Shown here in pieces: positions 11,833-23,272 of a stretch of DNA of 32,000 nucleotides. Source of the stretch: Wallemia ichthyophaga EXF-994 (Eukaryota > Fungi > Basidiomycota); contig NW_008806278.1 in assembly GCF_000400465.1 (NCBI RefSeq), positions 502,592 to 534,591 of the forward strand. The letters run 5' to 3'. Below the pieces are notes generated by a model. The model searched no databases. It was not told the DNA's origin and was given only the letters and a program-made list of their open reading frames with translations. How positions within the stretch are numbered: the first letter of the stretch is position 1; the number at the start of each line of letters is the position of its first letter. A program made the position numbers and the translations under genes.

Positions 11833-13209
11833 TTATATTCTCGTGTTTATCCGTCTCAAAAGGGTGGCAGCCGAGAAGAGGGCAAACGCCACAGCGGCAA
11901 CGGCGAGGGGTTTTCTGAGAGCATTGAAGAGGGAGAGTGAGTAAACGATTGTGACGTCGCCGTTGTGCGCATCAGAAGTGTTGTGCTTGGAGAGTACGAC
12001 GGTGTTTCTGCCGATGGTATCGAGGTACGAGGTCGTAGTTTCGTACTGCACATCCACCTCGAATGGAACGTACACGCTGTGTACCTGAGCACCCTCGGGA
12101 AGAATGATGCGAGTGGTGTGCCTGTCGACGGCAACATCCTCGGGAGTGCTGCTGAATGGGATGCTCAATCTGGTTGTACCGTCGCGAGCCAGCTTAGCAG
12201 CAAACCTCAGGCTATTCTCCCAGCCGATACTGAACGAGTATTTCCACCCGCCCATCAGTGGATAGCGTGGCTTGAGCTGTAAGAGGGAGTGCGAGGAGTG
12301 ACCATCGCCCTGCTTGTAGTGGCTAGTAGTGACATTGCCGATCTGGTCAACGAAGAAAACTTCCTCAGAGAGCGCTGGTAGGCGGACACTAAGCATTGTG
12401 GCGATATTCGTGGGCAACACGTTCAAAAAGGTCTGGGCTTGATGGGTTAGACGCGTGAACTGGCCTTTGAGAGAAGGACCGTTGTTGCGCACGACGATAT
12501 CGTCTCTAAAGCTCACCACATTCCCCCAGTGACTGACCTGGGCACTCCTCTCACTCACCTCATACTTCAATCTCGGGCCAGCAGCTTCGTAGAGTATCTC
12601 AATGTGGTCTGTAGGGATTGAGTAGGGAGCTACGTCCATCCACGGCCCATATACCATACTACCGCCGTTCTTGGTCGTCTTGCTGTCGTCATGCGTCATG
12701 CCATATCGGTGTATTTTGGAGGTGGGTGCGCGCACTTTAACGCGCATTTCGTTAGTGTGATACGGGGTAACGACGTGTGTGTATGTCTTGAAGGAGAGTG
12801 AGTAGGCGAGGTCGTCCTGGGTGAGCTGGGATGGTAGTGGAGTGCTTGGGTTGTTGAGAGAGATAGAGAGTACTAGAGTGAGCTGTGGTGTGTTGGGTGG
12901 GAGTTGAACTGCGAGCCTCTTGAAATTATAGGGTTGAACATATGAATCACCGTTCAACCACGTGTAGGGGAGTTGTTCGCCGGATTCTTTGAGAGAGACG
13001 GAGAGATGAGACAGCTGATCAAACTCATTAGGGCTAATGAGAATGTCGTATGTACCGTCATCCACCCCGCTAACGTGATAAGTAGTGGTTGAGTGTGCAG
13101 TTGAGTGGAATAGCTTTGTGGATTTAACTATATTATCATTTACAGTTGCTGCTAATGCTGAAATATTAACAAATAATATTAACCCCAACACGCTCAACAG
13201 ATTATTCAT
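11833..13209 (-). CDS. OST1: Oligosaccharyltransferase subunit ribophorin I, 458 aa
   Basis: N-terminal signal peptide, VSHWGN, FVDQIGNVTTS, PRYPLMGGWKYSF, YLDTIGR and a C-terminal TM helix (KPLAVAAVAFALF). Confidence 0.94.
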   Translation of the reverse strand: MNNLLSVLGLILFVNISALAATVNDNIVKSTKLFHSTAHSTTTYHVSGVDDGTYDILISPNEFDQLSHLSVSLKESGEQLPYTWLNGDSYVQPYNFKRLAVQLPPNTPQLTLVLSISLNNPSTPLPSQLTQDDLAYSLSFKTYTHVVTPYHTNEMRVKVRAPTSKIHRYGMTHDDSKTTKNGGSMVYGPWMDVAPYSIPTDHIEILYEAAGPRLKYEVSERSAQVSHWGNVVSFRDDIVVRNNGPSLKGQFTRLTHQAQTFLNVLPTNIATMLSVRLPALSEEVFFVDQIGNVTTSHYKQGDGHSSHSLLQLKPRYPLMGGWKYSFSIGWENSLRFAAKLARDGTTRLSIPFSSTPEDVAVDRHTTRIILPEGAQVHSVYVPFEVDVQYETTTSYLDTIGRNTVVLSKHNTSDAHNGDVTIVYSLSLFNALRKPLAVAAVAFALFSAATLLRRINTRI

Positions 13210-13260
13210 GCTCGTCGTTTAAATTATAGCTGTGAATTCCCCTCTCACTCCTAAACAACC

Positions 13261-15280
13261 ATGTGTGAGTTGGTAGACATACGCGTTAATTGCTCAACTC
13301 ATTGGAATTTTCAGCAGGATTCTCATTTGGCGGTAATAGTGCGGGTGCATTTGGTGGAGGCCAGCAGCAGCAGCAGCAGCAACCACAGCAACAACAACAG
13401 GGATTCAGCTTCGGTGCACAACCACCATCACAACCACAATCAAATACACCAGCAAAGCCATCTCTCTTTGGCAACCAGGGATCCACCACTCCAGCTGCAC
13501 CCCCACCAGCAAACAACACCTTCTCCTTCGGTAACAGCCAGTCAACCACCCCATCATCTGGCTTTGGTGGTTTCAGTGGCTTCGGTAAGCCAGCAGAAAA
13601 TCCAAGCACGCCTGGTGCAGGTGGTAGTGGTGGTTTGTTCGGTGGAAACGCAGGTGGTAGCGCATTCGGCAGCACACAACCATCCTCACAACCTTCATCA
13701 ACCACCCCTTCCACTACTCCAGCTGCCCCTTCTTCTGGTGGTTTCAACTTGGGTGCTATGGGTTTTGGTAATACCCCCAAACCAGAGGAAAAGAAGGAGG
13801 CACCTAAACCAGGTGGTTTTACTTTCGGTGGTCTTGGAATGGGAAGCAAGCCCGGTGAGTTGCGCGCTATACACATTAAATACTCTTCTCACTCTCTACT
13901 CTCGCAGAGGAGAAGAAAGATGACGCGCCTAAACCTAGCTTGTTCGGTGGTGGAGCTTTTGGTAAGCCTGAAGAGAAGAAGGAGGAGAGCAAGCCATCAG
14001 GTAGTGGAGGCGGTGGTTTCTCTTTCGGCAGCGGCGGCTTCGGCAAGCCAGACGAGAAGAAGGATGATGCACCAAAACCTGCGCCCAGTGGTGGATTCTC
14101 CTTGAGTGGTTCTGATAAGGGCAAAGACAAAGAAAAAGAGAAGGATGATACATCCAAACCAGCCGGTGGATTTGGATTTGGAGGTCTCGGTGGACTAGGC
14201 GCACCTAAACCTGCAGAGGCACCTAAACCTGCTACTTCTGGTGGATTTACATTTGGTGGTGCCCCTGCCAAGCCCTCTGAAGAGAAAAAGGACGATGCAG
14301 CTAAGGCGTCGAATCCATCACAGTCCAACCCCTCACAACCTGCCAAACCAACTGGTGGATTTTCGTTCGGCGGTACACCTGCCAAACCCACTGAAGAGAA
14401 GAAGGACGACGCGGCTAAACCGGCTGCACCTGCCGCACCTGCACCTGGTGGATTCTCTTCATTCAAACTCGGCGGAGAGAACAAAGACGCAGATAAGGAA
14501 AAGGAGAAAGAAACAAAAGATCCACTCTCAGTGAGTGCACTAGGGAAATCCACACCAGGCAATTCCACAACCACAAGCAACGCCGTTAAAGCATCACCCA
14601 CGCCATCACTCCTGCGCAACAAAACGCTCGACGAAATCACTCATCGCTGGACAGGCGAACTCGAAACCCAGCAGAAGGATTTCAACAAGATAGGTCACGA
14701 GGTAAAAGCGTGGGATGGGGTACTACGTCAGAATGCAGAGCAAATATCGCGTATATACAACCAAACAGTACAAGCTGAGCAGACTCAGCTGGGTGTTGAC
14801 CAATCGCTCGACTACATAGAAGCTCAGCAGCGTGAACTCGACGTCGTGCTAACCAGGTATGAGAAAGAGACGGAGGAGCTGCTCGATGGTGGAGAGAACG
14901 TTGGCTTAGGTGTTGGTGTGGCTGATAACGAACGCACCAAATCTTACACTCTTGCTGAGACGGTCAACGATGAACTCGATGACCTCAGCAGAAATCTGTC
15001 GACTATGATCGACGAAATTAATCTCCTCTCAGGCGGCGTTGGAGCTAAAGAGGAAACTACTAAACAGGAGGATGTGATTGGACAGATCGCTGCTATACTT
15101 AATGCTCACCTTAGCTCCCTTCAATGGATAGATGGCACGTCTAACAACCTCGTCGAGAGAGTCAAAGAGCTCGATGGTGTTGTTGGAGGTATTCAAACCA
15201 AGAAGGAGTATGACGGTGGATTGAATAAGAGTAGCAATGCGTTACCGAGAAGAGGAGGATTTGGCATGAGTTTGGTGTAA
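13261..15280 (+). CDS. NSP1: FG-repeat nucleoporin Nsp1/Nup62, about 638 aa. Introns 13265-13314, 13855-13907
   Basis: ATG T|GTGAGT splices to MSGFSFGG. Many GGFSFG/GGFTFG repeats with KPEEKK spacers. C-terminal coiled coil LRNKTLDEITHRW...LNAHLSSLQWI. Confidence 0.94.
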
Positions 15281-15359
15281 CAATTCTAATATTATACATT
15301 ATACATTGAAGATATTTACATGATCCAGTCGAGTTAAGAGTATTAAGCAAGTGTCAAGC

Positions 15360-16031
15360 TCAAAACATTGATTCATCCACAGGGATTTCAGCGAAAAGTG
15401 AGTAGTTGATTTGTTTCCATGGTTCTGTTGGTTCTAAACCTAGTTCTTCACCTTTTTCACCTTTTTTTTCACTTTCTTCTAAACCACCTTCCACAAGCCC
15501 TTCAACCAGCTCAGTCTCCGATTTAAGGGAAAATTCGTTGAGCTTGTTGTAGGTTGGTGAGCTGATGATGCTGTGAGAGGGGAGCGATGAGTGGGGTGAT
15601 GAGATGGGTGATGAAAGGTGTCGATGTTTAGTTGCCTTTACCGGTCTGTTTCCGCTAAGTGAATGTGAGACCGTATACTCACTATCGTCATCGCTCTGTT
15701 TCAGATTGCTTCTCTTTTTCGCCTTATTCGATGGTGCAAGGGGTAAAGGACTACTGAATACATCATCCTCAGTAAACTCCTGACAACTCCTAGCGTACGA
15801 CAAAGATTTAGTAGCAATGGTGAAAATTTTTGGTGTAGCAGGTGGATGTATGTGTGTATATAGCTGCTGTTGTTGTTGGATATCTTGGTTAGGTGAGGAG
15901 GTGGGTGTGTAGCGTTTAGAAGAGGAGCCTAGATGATTGAAGTGATTTGGATTGTTGTAGGGACTAATGAAGTGATTGTCAACTGCAGTTGAACGAGTTG
16001 GAGATAATTTCGGTGTTTTTGGTGGTTTCAT
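15360..16031 (-). CDS. Hypothetical S/P/K-rich protein, 223 aa
   Basis: ATG-started ORF filling the space between NSP1 and the next gene. No family motif recognised. Confidence 0.65.
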   Translation of the reverse strand: MKPPKTPKLSPTRSTAVDNHFISPYNNPNHFNHLGSSSKRYTPTSSPNQDIQQQQQLYTHIHPPATPKIFTIATKSLSYARSCQEFTEDDVFSSPLPLAPSNKAKKRSNLKQSDDDSEYTVSHSLSGNRPVKATKHRHLSSPISSPHSSLPSHSIISSPTYNKLNEFSLKSETELVEGLVEGGLEESEKKGEKGEELGLEPTEPWKQINYSLFAEIPVDESMF

Positions 16032-16259
16032 GGAAACAAGGAATTTAATAGGGATGTCTAGTAAGTAAATAGGGGTGACTAGTAATTTAGTAGGATGACT
16101 ATTACTTTAATAGGGATATTTATCAAGTTAATAGAAAGTCTGATAGTTAAGAAGAATGACTAGTAAATTCCAAGTAAAAATAAAAAAATAATAGAAGTAG
16201 AATATATTGATGTTGGTTGAAGAACACAAACGTGACAATCGACGGCCACCTTCTCACCA

Positions 16260-17363
16260 ATGGACAAGACATATAAACACATCAACGATGAATTCATTAG
16301 TAGAGGATATTTAAATAATCCCATTGAATTTAATAAGCTTTCAAATCCAAGTGAGCTATCAAAGTTGTTGTTCCAGTTTTTAGATTTAAAGGCAGATAAT
16401 TTGGAATTAGTTGATAAACTTAAGCAGCAAGATAAGAATAACGATTATGAGCATACTAGGCTGGCTGGTTTGTTAGCTGATTCCAATCAATCCATCATCC
16501 TCAAGGACCAGCAATTGGCACAGCAGTCTGCTACCATCGATTCACTACAATCCCAATTATCCGATCATTCCCATCTACTCAAGCAATCTCGTCATCAACT
16601 CAGCCTCTCCAAATCCGTAACTCAATCCATTCAAAAACAAAACATTCAAGATTTGAAGAGAAGAGAGGTGCATGGTACTGGTGCTGGGACTAGTAATGGC
16701 GACAGCCACTCTGATTCTTCCCTCTTTGAACGCACTCTCTACCAATCTCAACAAGCTCAATCAAAACTCACTCAAGAAAACGCTCAATGGAGAGATACCT
16801 TCAATTTAATCGGTAGTGAGCTGTCGGATCTAACAACTGAGACTACCAAGAGGGTTGAGTTGCTCACTGGTAATGTCATACACATCGACGATTCCACAAA
16901 CAGTAAACCACCAACAAAACAAACCAAAGATCGTCTCCTCACCTACCTCAAGACTCTCAAACACTCTATGAAACTTCTTTCTGGTCAGAAAACATTCAAC
17001 TTTGTCGACGACTACGATTTTGAGAAGATAGACGTGTTGAAATCCGAGTATTTGTCCTTGAAGAGTGGCTTGGATGGTTTGTCTGGGGCTAGTATGGCTC
17101 CTGTGGCTCTTGGTGGTGTAGATACCAACATTGCATCTCTACAAGATACACAATCAGAATCAGATTTTTACCCTCGACGCAGCACTAGGCTAAACTTGAG
17201 CGATCTTCAAGCTGAACAGAGGGATGTCGTTGAGGATGAGATCCGTCCACGTAAAGCACCACGTAAAGCAGTCAAAGTCTCCTCTTCTCAATCACTTAAA
17301 CGCCGTCCCAGTGCTGCTGCTGGTACGTCCAAACTCGCAGATGTCAGGAGGGTGGATGATTAA
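16260..17363 (+). CDS. Coiled-coil protein, probably afadin/alpha-actinin-binding (ADIP/SSX2IP/Msd1-like), 367 aa
   Basis: N-terminal HINDEFISRGYL followed by long heptad-rich segments. The family assignment is from remembered motif similarity only. Confidence 0.6.
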   Translation: MDKTYKHINDEFISRGYLNNPIEFNKLSNPSELSKLLFQFLDLKADNLELVDKLKQQDKNNDYEHTRLAGLLADSNQSIILKDQQLAQQSATIDSLQSQLSDHSHLLKQSRHQLSLSKSVTQSIQKQNIQDLKRREVHGTGAGTSNGDSHSDSSLFERTLYQSQQAQSKLTQENAQWRDTFNLIGSELSDLTTETTKRVELLTGNVIHIDDSTNSKPPTKQTKDRLLTYLKTLKHSMKLLSGQKTFNFVDDYDFEKIDVLKSEYLSLKSGLDGLSGASMAPVALGGVDTNIASLQDTQSESDFYPRRSTRLNLSDLQAEQRDVVEDEIRPRKAPRKAVKVSSSQSLKRRPSAAAGTSKLADVRRVDD

Positions 17364-17513
17364 ATAGCGCAAATCAGACTTTATGTAGTACACAGCGCCA
17401 TTGCATCTTTTGCAGTATGCACACTTGTACCCGCGCACCTCACGCACCTCGCACACTCGCACACCACTTGTAATATTAATCTACTATAATTCTAATCTGT
17501 TGTAATAACCTCT

Positions 17514-18492
17514 TTAGTGTGAGTGTTTGAAGAAAACTGATACAAGTACAGGTGCGAAAATGCCAATGAGATACATGCTCAAAAAGCCTTTCCTATCCGT
17601 AGAGCACTCTAGCTGTTCGGAAGTGGCCTGTGTAGCCACAAAGAGGAAAGTGCCACCCGAGAACAAAAGCGCGTATCCGGGAATACTACCTAGAGCAGTG
17701 CCCAGATTGAGGAGATGGAGTGCAGTATAAGTTGCGAATGCTGAGAATGGGGTTGAGAGGGAGAAAATAACGATGCAGAGTCTATAAAAGGTCCTGCTCA
17801 ATTGCGGCACCAAATTTAATAAACTACTGGATAAACCAAGACTAGCAGGTGCTTTGTGCACAGCGATCGCGAGGAACACCACCAAACTCAATCCACCGCC
17901 GTTATCACCGTATGTAGCCGCGCCTAAAGCAACACCGTCGCAAATCGAGTGGATCGTCAAGCCCGCAGTTTTGGAAATGGCCTTGGAAGGTGACGTATTG
18001 ATTGTAGAAATCGGGCGTAGGGGGGTGTAAGAGCGCATTCTACGTGGCGCATGGGCGTGGTTGTGGCCATTCGAATGACCCTCTTCGGCGTGCTCGTCGT
18101 GCTCGCGCTCATCGTGCTGGACATCTTGTTTACCATGCGAATGGGTATTATGCGGCGCTATGAGCGTATCTATAAGCAGCATCATAACAAATCCAGTAGT
18201 GGTAAGTATACCTATTTTCCGTGAGGCTGTTTCCGTGCTGCTCGAATGCTCATAAATGCTCTCGACGCCCCTAAAGCGTAATCAGCCGGGAATAATATCA
18301 TATCTCAGACGCCACCCACTCTGGTATAACAATTCCCAACGCACTGCCAACGAGCAGTCCAGCGCCGAGCGTCGCAAGCTTGATAATGTTCTCCTGTCGA
18401 ACTTTGAATATTTGCGGTGAGAGCGCTGCGAGGAGGCTACCGAGAGTGATACAGATGCAGATAAGCAGCAGATGTAAGCTGCGAGAGGACAT
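17514..18492 (-). CDS. ZIP-family metal transporter (Atx2/ZIP9-like), about 309 aa. Intron 18319-18271
   Basis: LGAGLLVGSALGIVIPEG, a His-rich loop, TM4 GLTIHSICDGVALG, TM5 AIAVHKAPASLG, and FSGGTFLFVA. Confidence 0.9.
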
Positions 18493-18548
18493 GGTGGTAC
18501 AGGTGAGAGAGAAGACCGCACCAGTCCTCTTGATAGAATACACCCACA

Positions 18549-19646
18549 ATGTCCCAACCTCAACGGGTACAATCTCAGACAGATTCTCAGTCACAGCCAC
18601 AGCCCCTCCAAATTCCGCCGGCGGAACTCCTCGCAGAATACTCCGCTTGGACCGTCCAAGCCCCGATGGTGCGCTACAGCAAGCTGCCTTTCCGGGAGTT
18701 GTGTGGGGGATACAACACCCACATAACTTACACACCCATGATGCTGTCTACTGAATTTTCCCGCAGCGAGTATGCTCGTGCGTCTGATTTCTCTACTTCG
18801 TCAAGCGAACGAGGTGTATTTGAGCTGCGAAGGAGACGCACTGCGGGATGGCACGATGAGGCTTTCGAAAAACACTCACAACTTACACGCGGTGCTCTCA
18901 TCGCTCAATTCGCTGCCAGCGAGCCTGTCCCCTTCATGCAGTCTGCTGAACTTATAGCGCCGTATGTCGACGCTATCGATCTCAACACTGGTTGTCCGAC
19001 CAGTTGGGCATACGCGGAGGGAATTGGTGGCGCCCTCCTACGTCGTCCGGAGACTGTGCGCGATATCATTCGCACTACCCACGATAGACTCGGTAGCTCT
19101 CTCCCCGTAACCGTTAAAATACGCATCGATCAGGATGAAAAGAGGACTGAGCAGCTCATTCGCAATGCTGTCGCTGCCGGTGTGTCGCTCGTCGGTATAC
19201 ACGGTCGTTATAGGACACAGGCTTCCACCTCTCCTGTCAATTTAGATGGCGTTCGTCTCGCGCAGTCCTTTTCTGATGTACCCACCATCTCCAATGGTGA
19301 CGCTTGGTCGCTCGATGAAAGCTTGCGCATTAGAGATGTCACCGGCTGCAATGGCGTCATGAGCGCTCGCGGTATTCTTTCCAACCCAGCCATGTTTGCG
19401 GGGTATAATGAGACACCGATGGAATGCGTTGATGTAGGTTTGTTATTTGCTATCTCACTTCCCTTCTAATAGCACTCTCAGAAATTCATAAACCTAGCCA
19501 TCGCATATGGACTGCCTTTCCCACTCTTCCACCGCCATTTAGCCTATATGCTTGAAAGTCGGATGTCTAAGTCTCAACGCTTATCGTGGCATACTCTGCA
19601 CAGCATACCGGGTGCACTAGACTGGATCCATGAGCAGCCATTATAG
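18549..19646 (+). CDS. DUS4: tRNA-dihydrouridine(20a/20b) synthase Dus4-like, about 349 aa. Intron 19434-19481
   Basis: APMVRYSKLPFR, YTPM, DLNTGCP, VKIRI, IHGR, SNGD and GVMSARGILSNPAMF. Confidence 0.88.
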
Positions 19647-19840
19647 ATAATTTGATTAAATCAAATGTATTGTATTGTAAAGTATATAGAACATAAATAT
19701 TCGCAAAAATAAATTAATTACTAAGTTTGTATAGTAATGAGGATTTGGGGAATATAACGAGTGTGTTATTCTGAGTGATTGAGTGCGTGAGTGCGAGTGA
19801 GTGGATATATTCCATGCATTCCTTATAAGTCTAGATCAAC

Positions 19841-22832
19841 CTAATTGTCTGCATCAAGACCTTGCGTTCTACCGTAGAGTCTGTAAACATCTCTGTCAGA
19901 GCGTTCGTGAACAATCGTGATTCTTTGGAGCTCATTCATAAAGTCTTCAACGCGTCTGTCGATCTTTCCTCTCTGTGTTCTGCCAATATTGTTGATTGCT
20001 TTCATGTTGTTCATGACAATGTATGCCAATGTGCAAACAATCATAACTGCGATAGAGAAACACCAAACCTTGACAACAGTGACAATGTCGGTATGACCGT
20101 TGTGATCTTCGTCATCAGAGTGGAACCAACCGAAGAGTGTGAAAATTGTAGCGAGAATATCAACACCAGCAATGGCACCAGTGAGTTGCCAAGATGGCCA
20201 CTTGAACTCACCCTCGCCAGTTCTTGTCAAGAAAATTAACCAGTTCTCTGTGAGACAGACCTCCAAGAAAAGAATGTGCTGAATACCACCCCAGTTCTGA
20301 ATAACACCTCCATTGTTGAGGAAGAGTGTACCTCTGAGAATCCAGGTACCAGCTGCCAAGATAATTCCGAGAACGGTTGACATGATCCAGATCTTTGGAA
20401 GTTGCCATTCAACTGGCTTGAGAGCGTATGGTGCGTTGTCATATGCAACAGCGACAGTAGCCAAATCAGCGAATAAGGCAATCCAGACAATCAAGTCTGC
20501 GCGGATGGTTTCGTTCATGATGATGATTGAGAGTGTGAGATATATTTCCAAGTGGAGACAGAGTGCAATACGGTAGACAATGTAAGCCTTCATGCGGTGG
20601 AAGATTTCACGAGCGACCTTGATAGCAGTAATGATAGTTGAAAGACCTTCATCGAGGAAAACGACAGCAGCAGCTGAACGAGCTGCATCGGAAGCACCTT
20701 CAACAGCGATACCACAGTCAGCCTTCTTGAGTGCAGGAGCGTCGTTGACACCATCACCAGTCATGGCTGTTAAGTGGCCACGGTGTTGGAGCATTTCAAC
20801 AATTTGGTACTTGTGTTCAGGGAAGACCTCACCGAAACCATCAGCGTTTTCAATAAAGTCGTGCATTTCAGAACCAGCCATTGAGCCACCGCCGATGAGT
20901 CTGTGTGAGTCGTATACCTGAGTTTTGTTAGCAAAAATGATAAGTGTCTCAGATGTGACTCACATTAGTACCCATACCAAGCATCTTGCAAGTCTCCTTA
21001 GCGATAGCGACAGCATCACCAGTCAACATTTTCACACCAACGCCGAGCTTGATAGCTTCACCGACGGTAGCAGCAGTGTCGTGACGTGGAGGATCGAACA
21101 TAGGGAGCAAACCGAGTACTTGCCAGTCACCATTGTTTTCTTGAACTGCAACACCAAGGGAACGGAAACCTCTTGAAGCGAATTCCATAGTTTGGTCGCG
21201 GAAGGCCTGAGCTGTTTGTGGTGGACATGCGCACATCTTGAGGATTGAGTTTGGAGCACCCTTAGCGCAAGTGTAAGTAATACCGTCACGCTCGACAATT
21301 GAAGTAATACGCTTGGATACTGGGTCGAATGGTCTGAAATCCTTTGTTACCCAACCTGTCTTGAGCATTTCTGTTGCCTTTGGGTATTCCTTAAGAGTGG
21401 AAATGGTGATCTTGTCGATAGGGTCCAATGACTTAACGTTGTGAGATGAGGCGAGGGCAGCAACGCACATCATCCAATCCATGTCAACACCCTCGGCTGT
21501 GTATGGTTCGTGGATCGAGAGCTTGTTAGCGGTAAGAGTACCAGTCTTGTCTGAGCAGAGTATGTCACATCCAGCCAATGACTCGATTGAGGTGAGCTTC
21601 TGTACGATAGCTTGTCTCTTGGCGAGGTACGCGGCACCAACAGCGAGCGTAGTGGTGGTAACAACTGGTAAACCAACTGGAACACCAATAACAGCGAAGA
21701 TAAGAGTGTAGACAAGCAAGTTGTTGTCTCTTGGTTGAGCAATCTCTACGTTCCGGAAGAAACAACCAATCCAGACGGCGAACAAGAAGACAATAACAAG
21801 AACGAGAAGAGTACCAGCGATAATGTTCATGACCTTGACAAAGTGACCCTTTTCGTTAGATCCGAGGACGAGTGCTGCTGTCTTACCAACGAAAGAGATT
21901 GGTGCAGTCATCTTGACGCGTGCAAACACCTTGCCACGCTTGCAGATGGTGGTATAGAAAGCGATGTCACCGTGGTACTTGTCGACAGCGAGAGATTCAC
22001 CAGTGATAGCAGATTGGTCGGCGGCTAAGATGGATGGGCCTTTACCATAAGAGTCTTCTTCATCTTCCGTCTTTTCTTTCTTCGTCTCTGCCTTCACCTT
22101 TTCGAATACCTCTCTAGCTCTCGAGCCATCCTTGTCCTTGTAGTCTGCAAGCAACTCGCAGTCTGCTGGAATAGTAGAGCCTTCTTCGATGACGACAATA
22201 TCGCCAGGAACCAACATTCTTGCTTCGACTTCTTGTTCTTGTCCATCGCGAATGACGATAGTACGAAGAGCGATACCTTTTTTGAGCTGTGCTACAATGT
22301 CACCAGCTTGCTTTTCTTGGTAGAAACCAACGAAAGCGTTGAGAAGGAGAATACCAATGATGACACCGAAGTCGACCCATTCACGAAGACCACCGGCAAG
22401 GGCGACGGCACCTTCCATAACATAGAGGACAGGGCCTCTAAAGAAACCAATAAATTTGAGTACCAAGTTCTCTTCTGGAGACTCTAACTCGTTGAAACCG
22501 AACTGGCGACGACGTGGATCGACGTCACCTGAGCTGATACCATGTTTAATATCAGCATGCATCCAATCATCTGGCACTGATTTGCCTTGCTGTCTAATTT
22601 CGATTTTCTTCCAAGGCGCATACCACGGCTAGTTTGTTGGTTAGTAAGTCATGTCTCAGTTTGTAATACCACTCACCCTCTTATACTCGATGTTGTCGTC
22701 TTGCACATCTTGAGCGTCGTCTGCTTTTCTCAACTCAACGTTGTGGATATAATCTACCAGCGCGTTGTATTCATGCTGCGGGCTATCCTCCTCTTCGTAT
22801 CTTGGTTGTTTTTCCCCGTCTAGGAATGACAT
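19841..22832 (-). CDS. PMA1: Plasma-membrane P3A H+-ATPase, full length, about 965 aa. Exons 22832-22677, 22628-20964, 20917-19841
   Basis: DQSAITGES, GVPVGLP, CSDKTGTLT, KGAP, DPPR, MLTGD, GDGVNDAPALKKA, IALFADLAT and ENWLIF. Both introns are GT-AG with CTAAC branch points. Confidence 0.97.
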
Positions 22833-23272
22833 AGCGAAAGAATTGTAGTTGGTGGGAGTTGATGGTCAAGCAGTCTTAGCCGCACTTGAAAGCTTCTGCC
22901 AAGTGATTTAGTGTGCTTTTGACTGGAATGTCATCCAAATTAGGAAAGTTGATTACCTCACTAAATCAAATCACCTTTGGTCGTTTAAGTAAATATTCAT
23001 TCTTCATTGACTAGTTTGTGTGATTTTATTGTGTTTTAAATCATGTGCTTTGCTTATCAGTACATCCTCGCGCGCAAATGCACGCCAAGTGGGGGCATTT
23101 GACAGTTCATCAGCACAGCGGAATTTTCCAAAGGAAGAAGTAGAGCTGTCAAATGTATATCCTCGTCACGGTGATGAAATTCTAGTTGCGCGCTGTGCAC
23201 GTGCACTTGTACGAATTTTCTTTAATGATTTGCCAAATAAAAATTTATTCCTCTTCTATACAAATGTCCCAT

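Noticed and set aside
13286-14640. Long - strand ORFs of 196 and 254 aa
   Set aside because: They are antisense shadows of the repetitive NSP1 FG region.
16050-16200. AT-rich stretch with degenerate GACTAGTAA-like repeats
   Set aside because: Spacing is irregular and the copies are poorly conserved, so it is not CRISPR-like or a satellite. It is consistent with an AT-rich divergent promoter.
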